In this document: in pieces, positions 51,994-59,249 of the stretch
Position numbering within the stretch: position 1 is the first letter of the stretch
Layout of the letters: each line of letters starts with the position of its first letter
Source: Gemmatimonadota bacterium
GTDB lineage: Bacteria > Gemmatimonadota > Gemmatimonadetes > Gemmatimonadales > GWC2-71-9
Direction: 5' to 3'
NCBI GenBank assembly: GCA_003221005.1
Contig: QHTZ01000067.1
Location: 38,116-102,115, forward strand
DNA: 64,000 bases
Notes under the pieces: generated by a model
Databases searched by the model: none
The model's input: the letters and a program-made list of their open reading frames with translations, nothing else
Told to the model about the DNA's origin: nothing
Made by a program: the position numbers and the translations under genes

Positions 51994-52760
51994 CCGACCG
52001 GGCACTCCAGGACCTGGTGCTGCGCGCGCTGGCCGACGCCTCGTTCCGGGCGTCATCCGCCTGGCGGCAGCGTGCGCTCGCGGACCCCGCGAAGGTGGAG
52101 CGGTTCGCACGCTTCCTCGCGCGGCACTTCTACTACGAGCGGATCGTGCACTTCTTCAAGTACTCGGGGGCGCTGGCGCGTGTGACCGGCCGGCGACCAG
52201 AGGGGACGCTCCGCGGTGCCGAATTCGAAGCGCTGCTCCCCGTGGTCGTACTCGGCAGTCGGCAGACGGCTCGCGCGGTCGCCGATCTCGTCGTGCGCGA
52301 AGTGAAGGGCGGCGCCCCCGTGGCCTCGATCCCATATCGCGACGACTTGCTGCGCTACGAGGCGGCGATGATGGTCGCGGAGGCGGGGCCGAGGGTGTGG
52401 CGAGAGAACGGGAAGGGGGAAGAGGGAAGAGGAACGGGTGTCCCGGAAACCGCTGAAGGAACAGTGCTGCTGGATCTCGCCTACGACCTACCGGCGGTCC
52501 TGCCGCAGCTGCTCCAGCCGTGGACCGAGGTGCCGCAGGCGCCGCCGCGACCGGTGCGACTCCTCGTCGCGCGCTCGCCCCGCGGCCGGGTCGCGGTCGC
52601 TCGCACCGACAGCGCGGTGGCGCGCGTGGTCGAGCTCGCGGACGGCCGCCGCACCCTCGAAGAGCTCGCACGCGCGGCCGGGTTGCCGCGGAACGAGCTC
52701 GAGGCCACGCTCGCCGGGCTCACCGACCTCGGCGCCGTTCGCTTCGGGACGGGCAGCTGA
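51990..52760 (+). CDS. MNIO partner protein with a C-terminal PqqD/RRE-like winged helix
   Basis: The GTG overlaps the DUF692 stop (GTGA). The C-terminus reads VARVVELADGRRTLEELARAAGLPRNELEATLAGLTDLGAV. Confidence 0.6.
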   Translation: MTDRALQDLVLRALADASFRASSAWRQRALADPAKVERFARFLARHFYYERIVHFFKYSGALARVTGRRPEGTLRGAEFEALLPVVVLGSRQTARAVADLVVREVKGGAPVASIPYRDDLLRYEAAMMVAEAGPRVWRENGKGEEGRGTGVPETAEGTVLLDLAYDLPAVLPQLLQPWTEVPQAPPRPVRLLVARSPRGRVAVARTDSAVARVVELADGRRTLEELARAAGLPRNELEATLAGLTDLGAVRFGTGS

Positions 52761-52771
52761 GCGCCGTGGCG

Positions 52772-53593
52772 TTACGCGGGCTTTCGCGCGCGCACGAACG
52801 CGCCCATGATCCTGCCGCTCACCTCGCGCGCCAGGACATCGACGTCGAGCCCGGCCCCAGCCAGCACGGCCCGCGCATCCTCGAAGCTGTAGATCCGGGT
52901 CGGCTCGATCCCGACGTTTTCGAAGCCGTTCGCGCTAAGCAGCGCCTTGAACTCTTCCTCCTCGAGGGCGCCGGCCACGCATCCCACCCACAGCTCCATG
53001 CTGCGGCGCACCTCACGCGGGATCTCCCCCCGCACCACGACGTCGGAGACGGCGAACCGGCCACCGGGCTTGAGCACGCGAAACGCCTCGGCCAGCACCC
53101 GCCGCTTATCGGCGGCGAGGTTGATGACGCAGTTCGAGATGATGACGTCCACCGACGCGTCCGGAAGAGGAATGCGCTCGATGTCCCCTTTCAAGAACTC
53201 GACGTTCTCGACCCCGGCCTTCCGCTGGTTTTCGCGCGCCAGGGCGAGCATCTCGTCGGTCATGTCGAGCCCGTACGCCTTGCCGGTCGGCCCCACGCGC
53301 CGGGCGGAGAGCAGCACGTCGATGCCCCCGCCGGAGCCGAGGTCGAGCACCACTTCTCCCGGGAGCAGCTCGGCGAGCGCAGTTGGGTTGCCGCAGCCGA
53401 GCGAAGCGAGCACGGCTTGCTCGGGGAGGGACGCGGTCTCAGCAGCCTCGTACAGGTTGGATGTGACGGGATCGCAGCCGCCGCTCGCTGCGGCGCCGCC
53501 GCAACACGAGCTTCCCTGCCCGTGCAGCACGCGCAGCGCCGCCTCTCCGTACTTCGCCCGTACGGTGTCCTTGATCACGGTGTCGTCGGTCAT
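52772..53593 (-). CDS. arsM: Arsenite S-adenosylmethyltransferase-like methyltransferase
   Basis: N-terminal Cys pairs (GSSCCGG...GGCD) and motif I VVLDLGSGGGIDVLL. LKPGGRFAVSDVV is typical of ArsM. Confidence 0.8.
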   Translation of the reverse strand: MTDDTVIKDTVRAKYGEAALRVLHGQGSSCCGGAAASGGCDPVTSNLYEAAETASLPEQAVLASLGCGNPTALAELLPGEVVLDLGSGGGIDVLLSARRVGPTGKAYGLDMTDEMLALARENQRKAGVENVEFLKGDIERIPLPDASVDVIISNCVINLAADKRRVLAEAFRVLKPGGRFAVSDVVVRGEIPREVRRSMELWVGCVAGALEEEEFKALLSANGFENVGIEPTRIYSFEDARAVLAGAGLDVDVLAREVSGRIMGAFVRARKPA

Positions 53594-53630
53594 CTGTCCT
53601 CCTGAACAAACGTCAATGGGTCAACCACGG

Positions 53631-53659
53631 TTGACAAGAGGGGTACCCCTGGCGATACT
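53631..53659 (+). promoter_or_regulatory. Sigma70-like promoter upstream of rpsU
   Basis: TTGACA, a 17-nt spacer, then GATACT. Flanked by the palindromes TCAACCacGGTTGA and GGGGTACCCC. Confidence 0.5.
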
Positions 53660-53756
53660 GTGCGCGAGCGCAATGAACCAGAGACTGTTCCGAGGACCTG
53701 GGCTTCGCCCGTGGTCCTCGTTCGTTTCTGGAGGCTTTCACTGGAAGCGAGGCCGC

Positions 53757-53954
53757 ATGCAGGTGACGCTGGGCGAGAACGACCGACTGGACTTCGTCCT
53801 GAAGAAGTTTCGCCGTCAGATCGCCAAGGCCGGGCTGTTCCAGGACATGAAGCGCAAGCGCTTCTTCGAGGGCCCGCGCGCTCAGCGACGGCGGAAGGAC
53901 AAGGCAGCGGCCCGCCGCAAGGCGAAATCCGCGCACCGTCGCGAACACCAATAA
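53757..53954 (+). CDS. rpsU: 30S ribosomal protein S21
   Basis: [57 protein letters not shown]... Confidence 0.9.
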   Translation: MQVTLGENDRLDFVLKKFRRQIAKAGLFQDMKRKRFFEGPRAQRRRKDKAAARRKAKSAHRREHQ

Positions 53955-53971
53955 GTAAGGAGTGGCATCAG

Positions 53972-54181
53972 ATGGCACGCATCACCGGTACCGTGAAGTG
54001 GTTCAACGACGCGAAGGGCTTCGGCTTCATCACGCCCGAGAACGGCGAAAAGGACTGCTTCGTGCATCACACCGCGATCCAGGCGGAAGGTTTCAAGACA
54101 CTGGCTGAAGGTCAGCGCGTCGAGTTCGACGTCGTGCAGGGGCAAAAGGGCCCAGCGGCGCAGAACGTCGTCAAGCTCTAA
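53972..54181 (+). CDS. cspA: Cold-shock protein (CspA family)
   Basis: [45 protein letters not shown] (RNP1/RNP2 motifs). Confidence 0.95.
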   Translation: MARITGTVKWFNDAKGFGFITPENGEKDCFVHHTAIQAEGFKTLAEGQRVEFDVVQGQKGPAAQNVVKL

Positions 54182-54204
54182 GCCCGACCCGGTACCAGAA
54201 AACG

Positions 54205-54240
54205 AACGGCGCCATCCGTGAGGACGGCGCCGTTGGTGCT
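54205..54240. terminator. Rho-independent terminator between convergent genes
   Basis: 9-bp stem AACGGCGCC-(12 nt)-GGCGCCGTT followed by GGTGCTTT. Confidence 0.6.
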
Positions 54241-54254
54241 TTAGGGAACAACCC

Positions 54255-55886
54255 CTAGCTCACCATCTGCGCGGTGGCATGGGGGATGACCTTCAGGAAC
54301 GCCGCCACGACGCGTTCGGACCACCACGCCCGGCAGTTCATGATCTCCTCGAGCGCGCGCTCCGCGCTCACGGCCGCATGCTCCGTGCGCGAGTTTGTGA
54401 GCGAATCGTAGACATCCAGGATGCCGACGATCTGCGCGGACAGCGGGATCTCGTCTCCCTTGAGCCGATCGGGATACCCGCTCCCGTCGCAACGCTCATG
54501 ATGCCAGCGGATGATGGGCTTCAGGTCCCACGGAAACTCGACGTTCCCGAGCAGCTCGATCCCCCAGATAGGATGCATCTGCAAGAGTTCGCGCTCGGCG
54601 CGGGTGAGCGGCCCGGGCTTGTGGAGAATCTCGTGGGGGACGCGTACCTTGCCGACGTCATGGAGATAGGCGCCGAGCAGAATGGTCGTCTCCTCCTGGT
54701 CGTTTAGCCCGAGGGCCCGCGCCACGGCGACCGCGTTTTGCGCCACGCGCTCGCAATGACCGAACGTGCAGCCGTCGCTCGATTCGATCGACTGGCCCCA
54801 CGCGCGCACCACCGCCAGATACGTGGCTTCGAGCTCGGCCAACTTGCCGCCTACGTAGACCAGGTCCGCTCGGGCGTCCAGTTGGCGGAATAGGCCGTGG
54901 GCAACGTTGAGCACCCCGAGCGCGTCCTGGTTCCGGCCCATCGCCTGATGCAGGATGGCCAATTCGCGGGAGGCCTCCGCCTCGCCGAGGACGGAGCCCG
55001 CCGCGACGGCCAGCTCGATCGCCGCCAGGAACCGCGCCTCCGCGAGCGCCGGACGGCCCGTCTCGCGGTACACCATCCCGAGCACCCGATAAGCCCCGGC
55101 CTTGGGCCCACGCGCCCCGAGGTGATCGAACACGGCGAGCGCTTCCTCGGCCTTCTGGCGCGCGTCCTCGAACCGCTGGCGCATCACGTCCACCTCGGCG
55201 TGATTGACGAGACAGAGTCCGCGCAGATGGAGGTCGCCGACCCGCTCGGCGAGGGACCGGGCCTCGCGGAAATAGCAGTCTGCCGCATGGAACCGTCCCC
55301 GATCCGCGCTCACCATCCCCAGGTTGTGGTACGCGATCGCGCACCCCTGCGCGTCACCGGAGCCGCGGTACGCCTCGAGGGACCGCTCGTAGCGCGCGAT
55401 GGCCTCGCGCAGCTCGCCCTGGATGTTCGCGAGGATGCCGAGATTCTGCTCGACGCGAGCGCGCAGCTCCTTCCTCGATCCGCCGAGCTCGAGCGCCTCG
55501 AGAAACGTCAGCCGGGCGTCCTCGACCTTCCCGGCAGCCAGGTGGAGGCCGCCCAACGTATTCAACGCTTCCGCGGCAAGTAGCTCGTTGCCGATCTGCC
55601 GCGCGATCTCGTAGCTCCTGCGGCACAACGCGTGGGCCTGACCGGACTCATTCCCGTGGTGCCTGAGGATCGCAAGCCGCCGCAGCGCTTCGGCCAGCAC
55701 CGTGTGCTCCCCGGCCTGCTCCGCGGCGGCGATGGCGGATCCGAAGCGCGCAATCGCTTCGGGGATCCGTCCCGCGCGCTCCTGCTGCCGCGCCTCGTGC
55801 AGCAGGTCCGCGCTGCGACGCATCACGCCGAGGGAGCGGCGCGGGGTCGCCCGGTCGGACACCCAGCCCTCACCAGGCGATGGCAT
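54255..55886 (-). CDS. TPR-repeat protein with a C-terminal HD-GYP domain (c-di-GMP phosphodiesterase type)
   Basis: TPR-like repeats, then HCERVAQNAV...GAYLHDVGK...HHERCDGSGYP. The start is either 55886 or the ATG at 55823. Confidence 0.85.
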   Translation of the reverse strand: MPSPGEGWVSDRATPRRSLGVMRRSADLLHEARQQERAGRIPEAIARFGSAIAAAEQAGEHTVLAEALRRLAILRHHGNESGQAHALCRRSYEIARQIGNELLAAEALNTLGGLHLAAGKVEDARLTFLEALELGGSRKELRARVEQNLGILANIQGELREAIARYERSLEAYRGSGDAQGCAIAYHNLGMVSADRGRFHAADCYFREARSLAERVGDLHLRGLCLVNHAEVDVMRQRFEDARQKAEEALAVFDHLGARGPKAGAYRVLGMVYRETGRPALAEARFLAAIELAVAAGSVLGEAEASRELAILHQAMGRNQDALGVLNVAHGLFRQLDARADLVYVGGKLAELEATYLAVVRAWGQSIESSDGCTFGHCERVAQNAVAVARALGLNDQEETTILLGAYLHDVGKVRVPHEILHKPGPLTRAERELLQMHPIWGIELLGNVEFPWDLKPIIRWHHERCDGSGYPDRLKGDEIPLSAQIVGILDVYDSLTNSRTEHAAVSAERALEEIMNCRAWWSERVVAAFLKVIPHATAQMVS

Positions 55887-56406
55887 AGTCGGAAAAGTGA
55901 CTGAGGTTGGCGGTGACCGCCTGAGCCGACGGGTCGTCGACCGACGGTAGGTACTCCAGGATGGACCCGGAGGCGTTCAAGTAGGCGATCCGCTTCGCGG
56001 CGCTGATCGCGCTGCAGTTGGCGTAGCTCATGGTCAGCGACGCCGGCTGCTGGAACGTGAGGCCTTCAGGTTGGAAGACGACCCGGTTGAGGGTGTCCGA
56101 CGGCGCTACCGCCGTGATGCTTACGGAGTCGCTCAGGGCACCCGGCGGGACCGAGAGTGTCTGCCCCCCCACCACGAGCGCTCCGCCCGCGGGACCGATC
56201 GTCTGCGTGACCGAATCGGCGGCGATGGGGGAGCACCTGAGCAGGCCCGCGCTCTGCTGGGCGGTTTGCACCAGCGAGTCGAGGAGGTCTCCCTGTATCG
56301 TCGGCGCTCGGGCATTCACGCCGAGGGGCGAGCGATCTCCACAGCTCAGGACGAGCACGGTGGCACCGCCGAGCAGCGCGGAGCGCACGAAGGCAGGGAC
56401 GTTCAT
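55870..56406 (-). CDS. Lipoprotein with a ZU5-like domain
   Basis: Lipobox VLSCG. GGALVVGGQTLSVPPGALSDSVSITAV...FQPEGLTFQQPASLTMSY...ANLSHFSDYAIAW follows the ZU5 pattern, ending in HFS (family call made from memory). Confidence 0.5.
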   Translation of the reverse strand: MNVPAFVRSALLGGATVLVLSCGDRSPLGVNARAPTIQGDLLDSLVQTAQQSAGLLRCSPIAADSVTQTIGPAGGALVVGGQTLSVPPGALSDSVSITAVAPSDTLNRVVFQPEGLTFQQPASLTMSYANCSAISAAKRIAYLNASGSILEYLPSVDDPSAQAVTANLSHFSDYAIAW

Positions 56407-57359
56407 CGAATGGTTCTCCTGTTCTCAAGCACGAAGCCGGGCGGCGTGGTGCGCGGCACGGACGCGCCGTCACCCCCAGGCACCGCAGTCACCTCGAAGC
56501 GACGCACCCACGGGCAGTCCGGCTCCGCCTGGCCGACCCGCACGGCAGCCATCGCGCGAGCGAGCAGCTCGGCCGGATCAATCGGCGAATAGCCCAGGTT
56601 GCCGACCGCGTCGTAGCCGGCGCGCAGCGTTGCCCCGGGAATGAGGACCGCCCCGCCAACGGTGTGGCAAAGGACGGTGCCGACCCGCTGCGCGAGCTTC
56701 ACGGCACCAGCATGGTTGGTCGCGGGCGCGAGCAGTGCGAACTCGCTCGAGCTCATCACCCCGACCACGTCGGACAATCGTGCGGCGTAAGCCAGGAGGG
56801 ATCCGGCCTTGGGAACCGGGAGGTCGCTCGACAGCGCGAACACGACGCACGCCAGCGCCCCGTGCTCCCGGGCCATCAGCGCCCCGAGCTCCCGCGCCCG
56901 CCGGGCGAGCGCCGACCGACTGTGGAGGCCGGTCGCCGGGTCAACCAGACCTGCCGCCAACGCGACATCGACACTCCGCTTCGCCTGGACGTACGCTTCG
57001 AGATTGAGCGACAGCTCCCCGGCAGTGGGCGGAGCGCGGAGAAAGTCCCAGGCACCAGCGCGCAAGGCCGCCACGCGCTGCTCGGGTGTCGGTTTATCAG
57101 GAGCGACGATGAGGATCGGCACCGTTTGAGCCACTCGCGCATCGGCGTGCAGCAGCCGGCACGCGTCGATCCCCGACATATCAGGAAGCTCAGCCTCGAG
57201 CAGGATGGCGTCCGGGGCGAACTCACGCGCGCGCTCGAGTACCTCCGCGCCCGTGTGCACCTCAGTCACCGCGTACTCATTGCGGCCGAGCAGGGGCGCA
57301 AGAGAGTGCTCCGCGGCAGTCGCGATCAGGACGACGGGCGGTGCGCCGGTGGTGGCCAT
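56403..57359 (-). CDS. Pseudo-receiver + degenerate GGDEF domain protein (I-site retained)
   Basis: The receiver-like domain has Glu at the phospho-acceptor position (AILLEAELPDMSG) and lacks the N-terminal acidic pair. The GGDEF motif is replaced by SSSEF, while RLSD sits exactly 5 residues upstream. Start trimmed to MATTGAPPVV. ATGA overlap with the downstream gene. Confidence 0.7.
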   Translation of the reverse strand: MATTGAPPVVLIATAAEHSLAPLLGRNEYAVTEVHTGAEVLERAREFAPDAILLEAELPDMSGIDACRLLHADARVAQTVPILIVAPDKPTPEQRVAALRAGAWDFLRAPPTAGELSLNLEAYVQAKRSVDVALAAGLVDPATGLHSRSALARRARELGALMAREHGALACVVFALSSDLPVPKAGSLLAYAARLSDVVGVMSSSEFALLAPATNHAGAVKLAQRVGTVLCHTVGGAVLIPGATLRAGYDAVGNLGYSPIDPAELLARAMAAVRVGQAEPDCPWVRRFEVTAVPGGDGASVPRTTPPGFVLENRRTIR

Positions 57360-57531
57360 AGGATCGTGTGGCCTCCCTGCAACGAGCGCGCCGCGCGCGC
57401 ACAGCACGGGGAGCCTCAGGTTCGCGCGAGGGCGGCACCATTCTGAGGCCGGGGGTCGGTCGGCTTGCCTCAACTCGCGGCGCGCGGCGATTGCCGGGCG
57501 CTGCACGGTGTTGCGCGAGGGCCACAGCACG

Positions 57532-58038
57532 TCATGACTTCCGCCAAGGGTGCAATCTCGGAACCCAGCGCGGCACATTGGCGCAGAACGCGTCGTATTC
57601 GGCGCCGAACGTCGCGCGCAACGTCGGCTCCTCGTACAGCAGGACAAAGCCGTGAAACGCGAGCCAGAGCAGCGCTGCATACCCGAGCAGCGGAGCGCTG
57701 CCCAGCACCAGGCCCTGACCGACAATCAGCGCCACCAGAGCCACGTACATAGGGTTTCGGACGTAGCGATAGAAACCGCGGACGACCAGGTGGCGGGTGG
57801 GAAATACCGGTGCCGGCGTGCCGAGGCCTTCGAGCGCGAAGCGCCGGAATGCGTCCAGCAACACTGGAAGTCCGGCGGCGATTAGCGCGCCGCCGGCGAT
57901 CCGGATCGCGGGGACACCCAACAGCGGCGCCTGTACGCGCCATCCCGAGATCCACCACGGCACGAGTCCGGCGACCGTGCCGGGCGCGATCACCAGGAAC
58001 ACCGCGGATCCCAGCACCGCGAACACGCGCCGCGTCAT
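57532..58038 (-). CDS. Isoprenylcysteine carboxyl methyltransferase (ICMT/PEMT) family membrane protein
   Basis: LVVRGFYRYVRNPMYVALV...YEEPTLRATFGAEYDAF. Start trimmed to MTRRVFAVL. Confidence 0.8.
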   Translation of the reverse strand: MTRRVFAVLGSAVFLVIAPGTVAGLVPWWISGWRVQAPLLGVPAIRIAGGALIAAGLPVLLDAFRRFALEGLGTPAPVFPTRHLVVRGFYRYVRNPMYVALVALIVGQGLVLGSAPLLGYAALLWLAFHGFVLLYEEPTLRATFGAEYDAFCANVPRWVPRLHPWRKS

Positions 58039-58043
58039 CGTCA

Positions 58044-58436
58044 CTACAGCACGACGAGTTTCCCGCCGCCGGTGAGCAAGATCACGAGATTCATCACGAG
58101 CAGCATCAGGTCGTAATGCCAGCCGTACGCCCTGCCACCCCAGAACCCGGTCCTCCACACGAAGACCTTTTTCTGTATCGCCCCGAGCATGATGAGGATC
58201 AGCCCGATCGCCGCGAGCTGGGTCAAGATGCCGAGCGCCACACCGATACTTCCGAGCACTTCGGCCGATCCGAGGAAGACCGTGAATCCGGTGCTCGCCC
58301 CGATGCTGTGTGATCGTGCGGCCGGGTCCCTGAGATGACTCAGCCCGCTCGAGAAGAACACCGTCGCGACCATCAGTCTCAAGAGGAGCAGCCCGACGTC
58401 GCTGAACCGCAGCAGCGCCGGAAACAGGACGTGCAT
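58044..58436 (-). CDS. DoxX-family membrane protein
   Basis: LLLLRLMVATVFFSSGLSHL... with 4 TM. Start trimmed to MHVLFPALL. Confidence 0.75.
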   Translation of the reverse strand: MHVLFPALLRFSDVGLLLLRLMVATVFFSSGLSHLRDPAARSHSIGASTGFTVFLGSAEVLGSIGVALGILTQLAAIGLILIMLGAIQKKVFVWRTGFWGGRAYGWHYDLMLLVMNLVILLTGGGKLVVL

Positions 58437-58948
58437 CAGCCCCGCTCGTGCGCCGCCACCGCCCGGTCCGCGTGGGCTTCCACAAACCACAGCCACTTGT
58501 CGACCCCGCGGGAAATCTCGGTGCAGATGTCGGTCGCGTCCGCGTCCCCCAGATCGTCCGTCTCGTCGATGGTCCGGCGGATGCGCTCGCCGAAGCGGGC
58601 CAGGGCGTTGGACAACGCCCACACGTGTTGTTCGCCGCTCGACAGGTTGAGCGGGTACTGAGGGAGCTCGGAGCGCTCGGCGACGATCGCGCCAGTCCCT
58701 TCGGCCACGCCCCCGAGCTGGACGATGCGCTCCGCGAGGAGGTCAACGTAGTCCTCCACGGCTCCGTAGATCTCGTCGAACAGTTTATGAAGCGCGATGA
58801 ATTGCGGCCCCTTCACGTTCCAGTGCGCCTGTTTCGCCTGCAACTGGAGGTCGATAGCGTCGGCCAACCGTTGATTCAACAGGTCGATCACCTGAGCCCG
58901 GGTCGATTCCGGGATGTCGTTCAGTGTCTCGTGCGTAGCGCCAGCCAT
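58436..58948 (-). CDS. dps: Dps (DNA starvation/stationary-phase protection protein)
   Basis: LNQRLADAIDLQLQAKQAHWNVKGPQFIALHKLFDE...DLLAERIVQLGG. Confidence 0.9.
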   Translation of the reverse strand: MAGATHETLNDIPESTRAQVIDLLNQRLADAIDLQLQAKQAHWNVKGPQFIALHKLFDEIYGAVEDYVDLLAERIVQLGGVAEGTGAIVAERSELPQYPLNLSSGEQHVWALSNALARFGERIRRTIDETDDLGDADATDICTEISRGVDKWLWFVEAHADRAVAAHERG

Positions 58949-59149
58949 GGGCGAGCTCCAGTCTGTCGTGGAGTGAGTGGTGGAGTGGAATAGTAGCGTC
59001 GATTCCAGCGGCCTGGTCCGCCGGTACGACTCAGCAATCATCTGTCTCGAAGGAAAGTTCCCCGCCCAGGGCTCCGGGGCGGCGCCGCCGCGCGCTCGAG
59101 GCACGGCTCCCGCGCGAGCCCTTTCCGGTTTATCTTTGCGGTGGCGCGC

Positions 59150-59249
59150 GCGGCCTTCACCGCCCACGCCCCCTGTCGGGAGCGGTCCATCATCTCCGGT
59201 GGACCGAGGCGTTGCCCAAACGGCCCCCTGGCAGCGGTACCACACACCA
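59150..59249 (+). promoter_or_regulatory. Structured 5' leader of nadBAC with two similar tandem elements (possible NAD+ class I / nadA-motif-like riboswitch)
   Basis: GCCCACGCCCCCTGTCGGGAGCGGTCCA and GCCCAAACGGCCCCCTGGCAGCGGTACCA lie 54 nt apart. Each contains ACGNCCCC, close to the ACANCCCC bulge I recall for the nadA motif. The hairpin GGTCCA-N10-TGGACC lies between them. Confidence 0.3.

Noticed and set aside
52772-53593. ArsM-like methyltransferase as part of the MNIO/RiPP cassette.
   Set aside because: It is convergently oriented and has the full canonical ArsM Cys pattern, so it is more simply an arsenic-detoxification gene. A functional link is possible but unsupported.
58986-59007. 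Inverted repeat TGGAAT-N10-ATTCCA in the dps/nadB intergenic region as a Fur/PerR or NadR-type operator.
   Set aside because: It is only 6-bp arms, it does not resemble the AT-rich Fur/PerR consensus, and I have no way to test conservation here.
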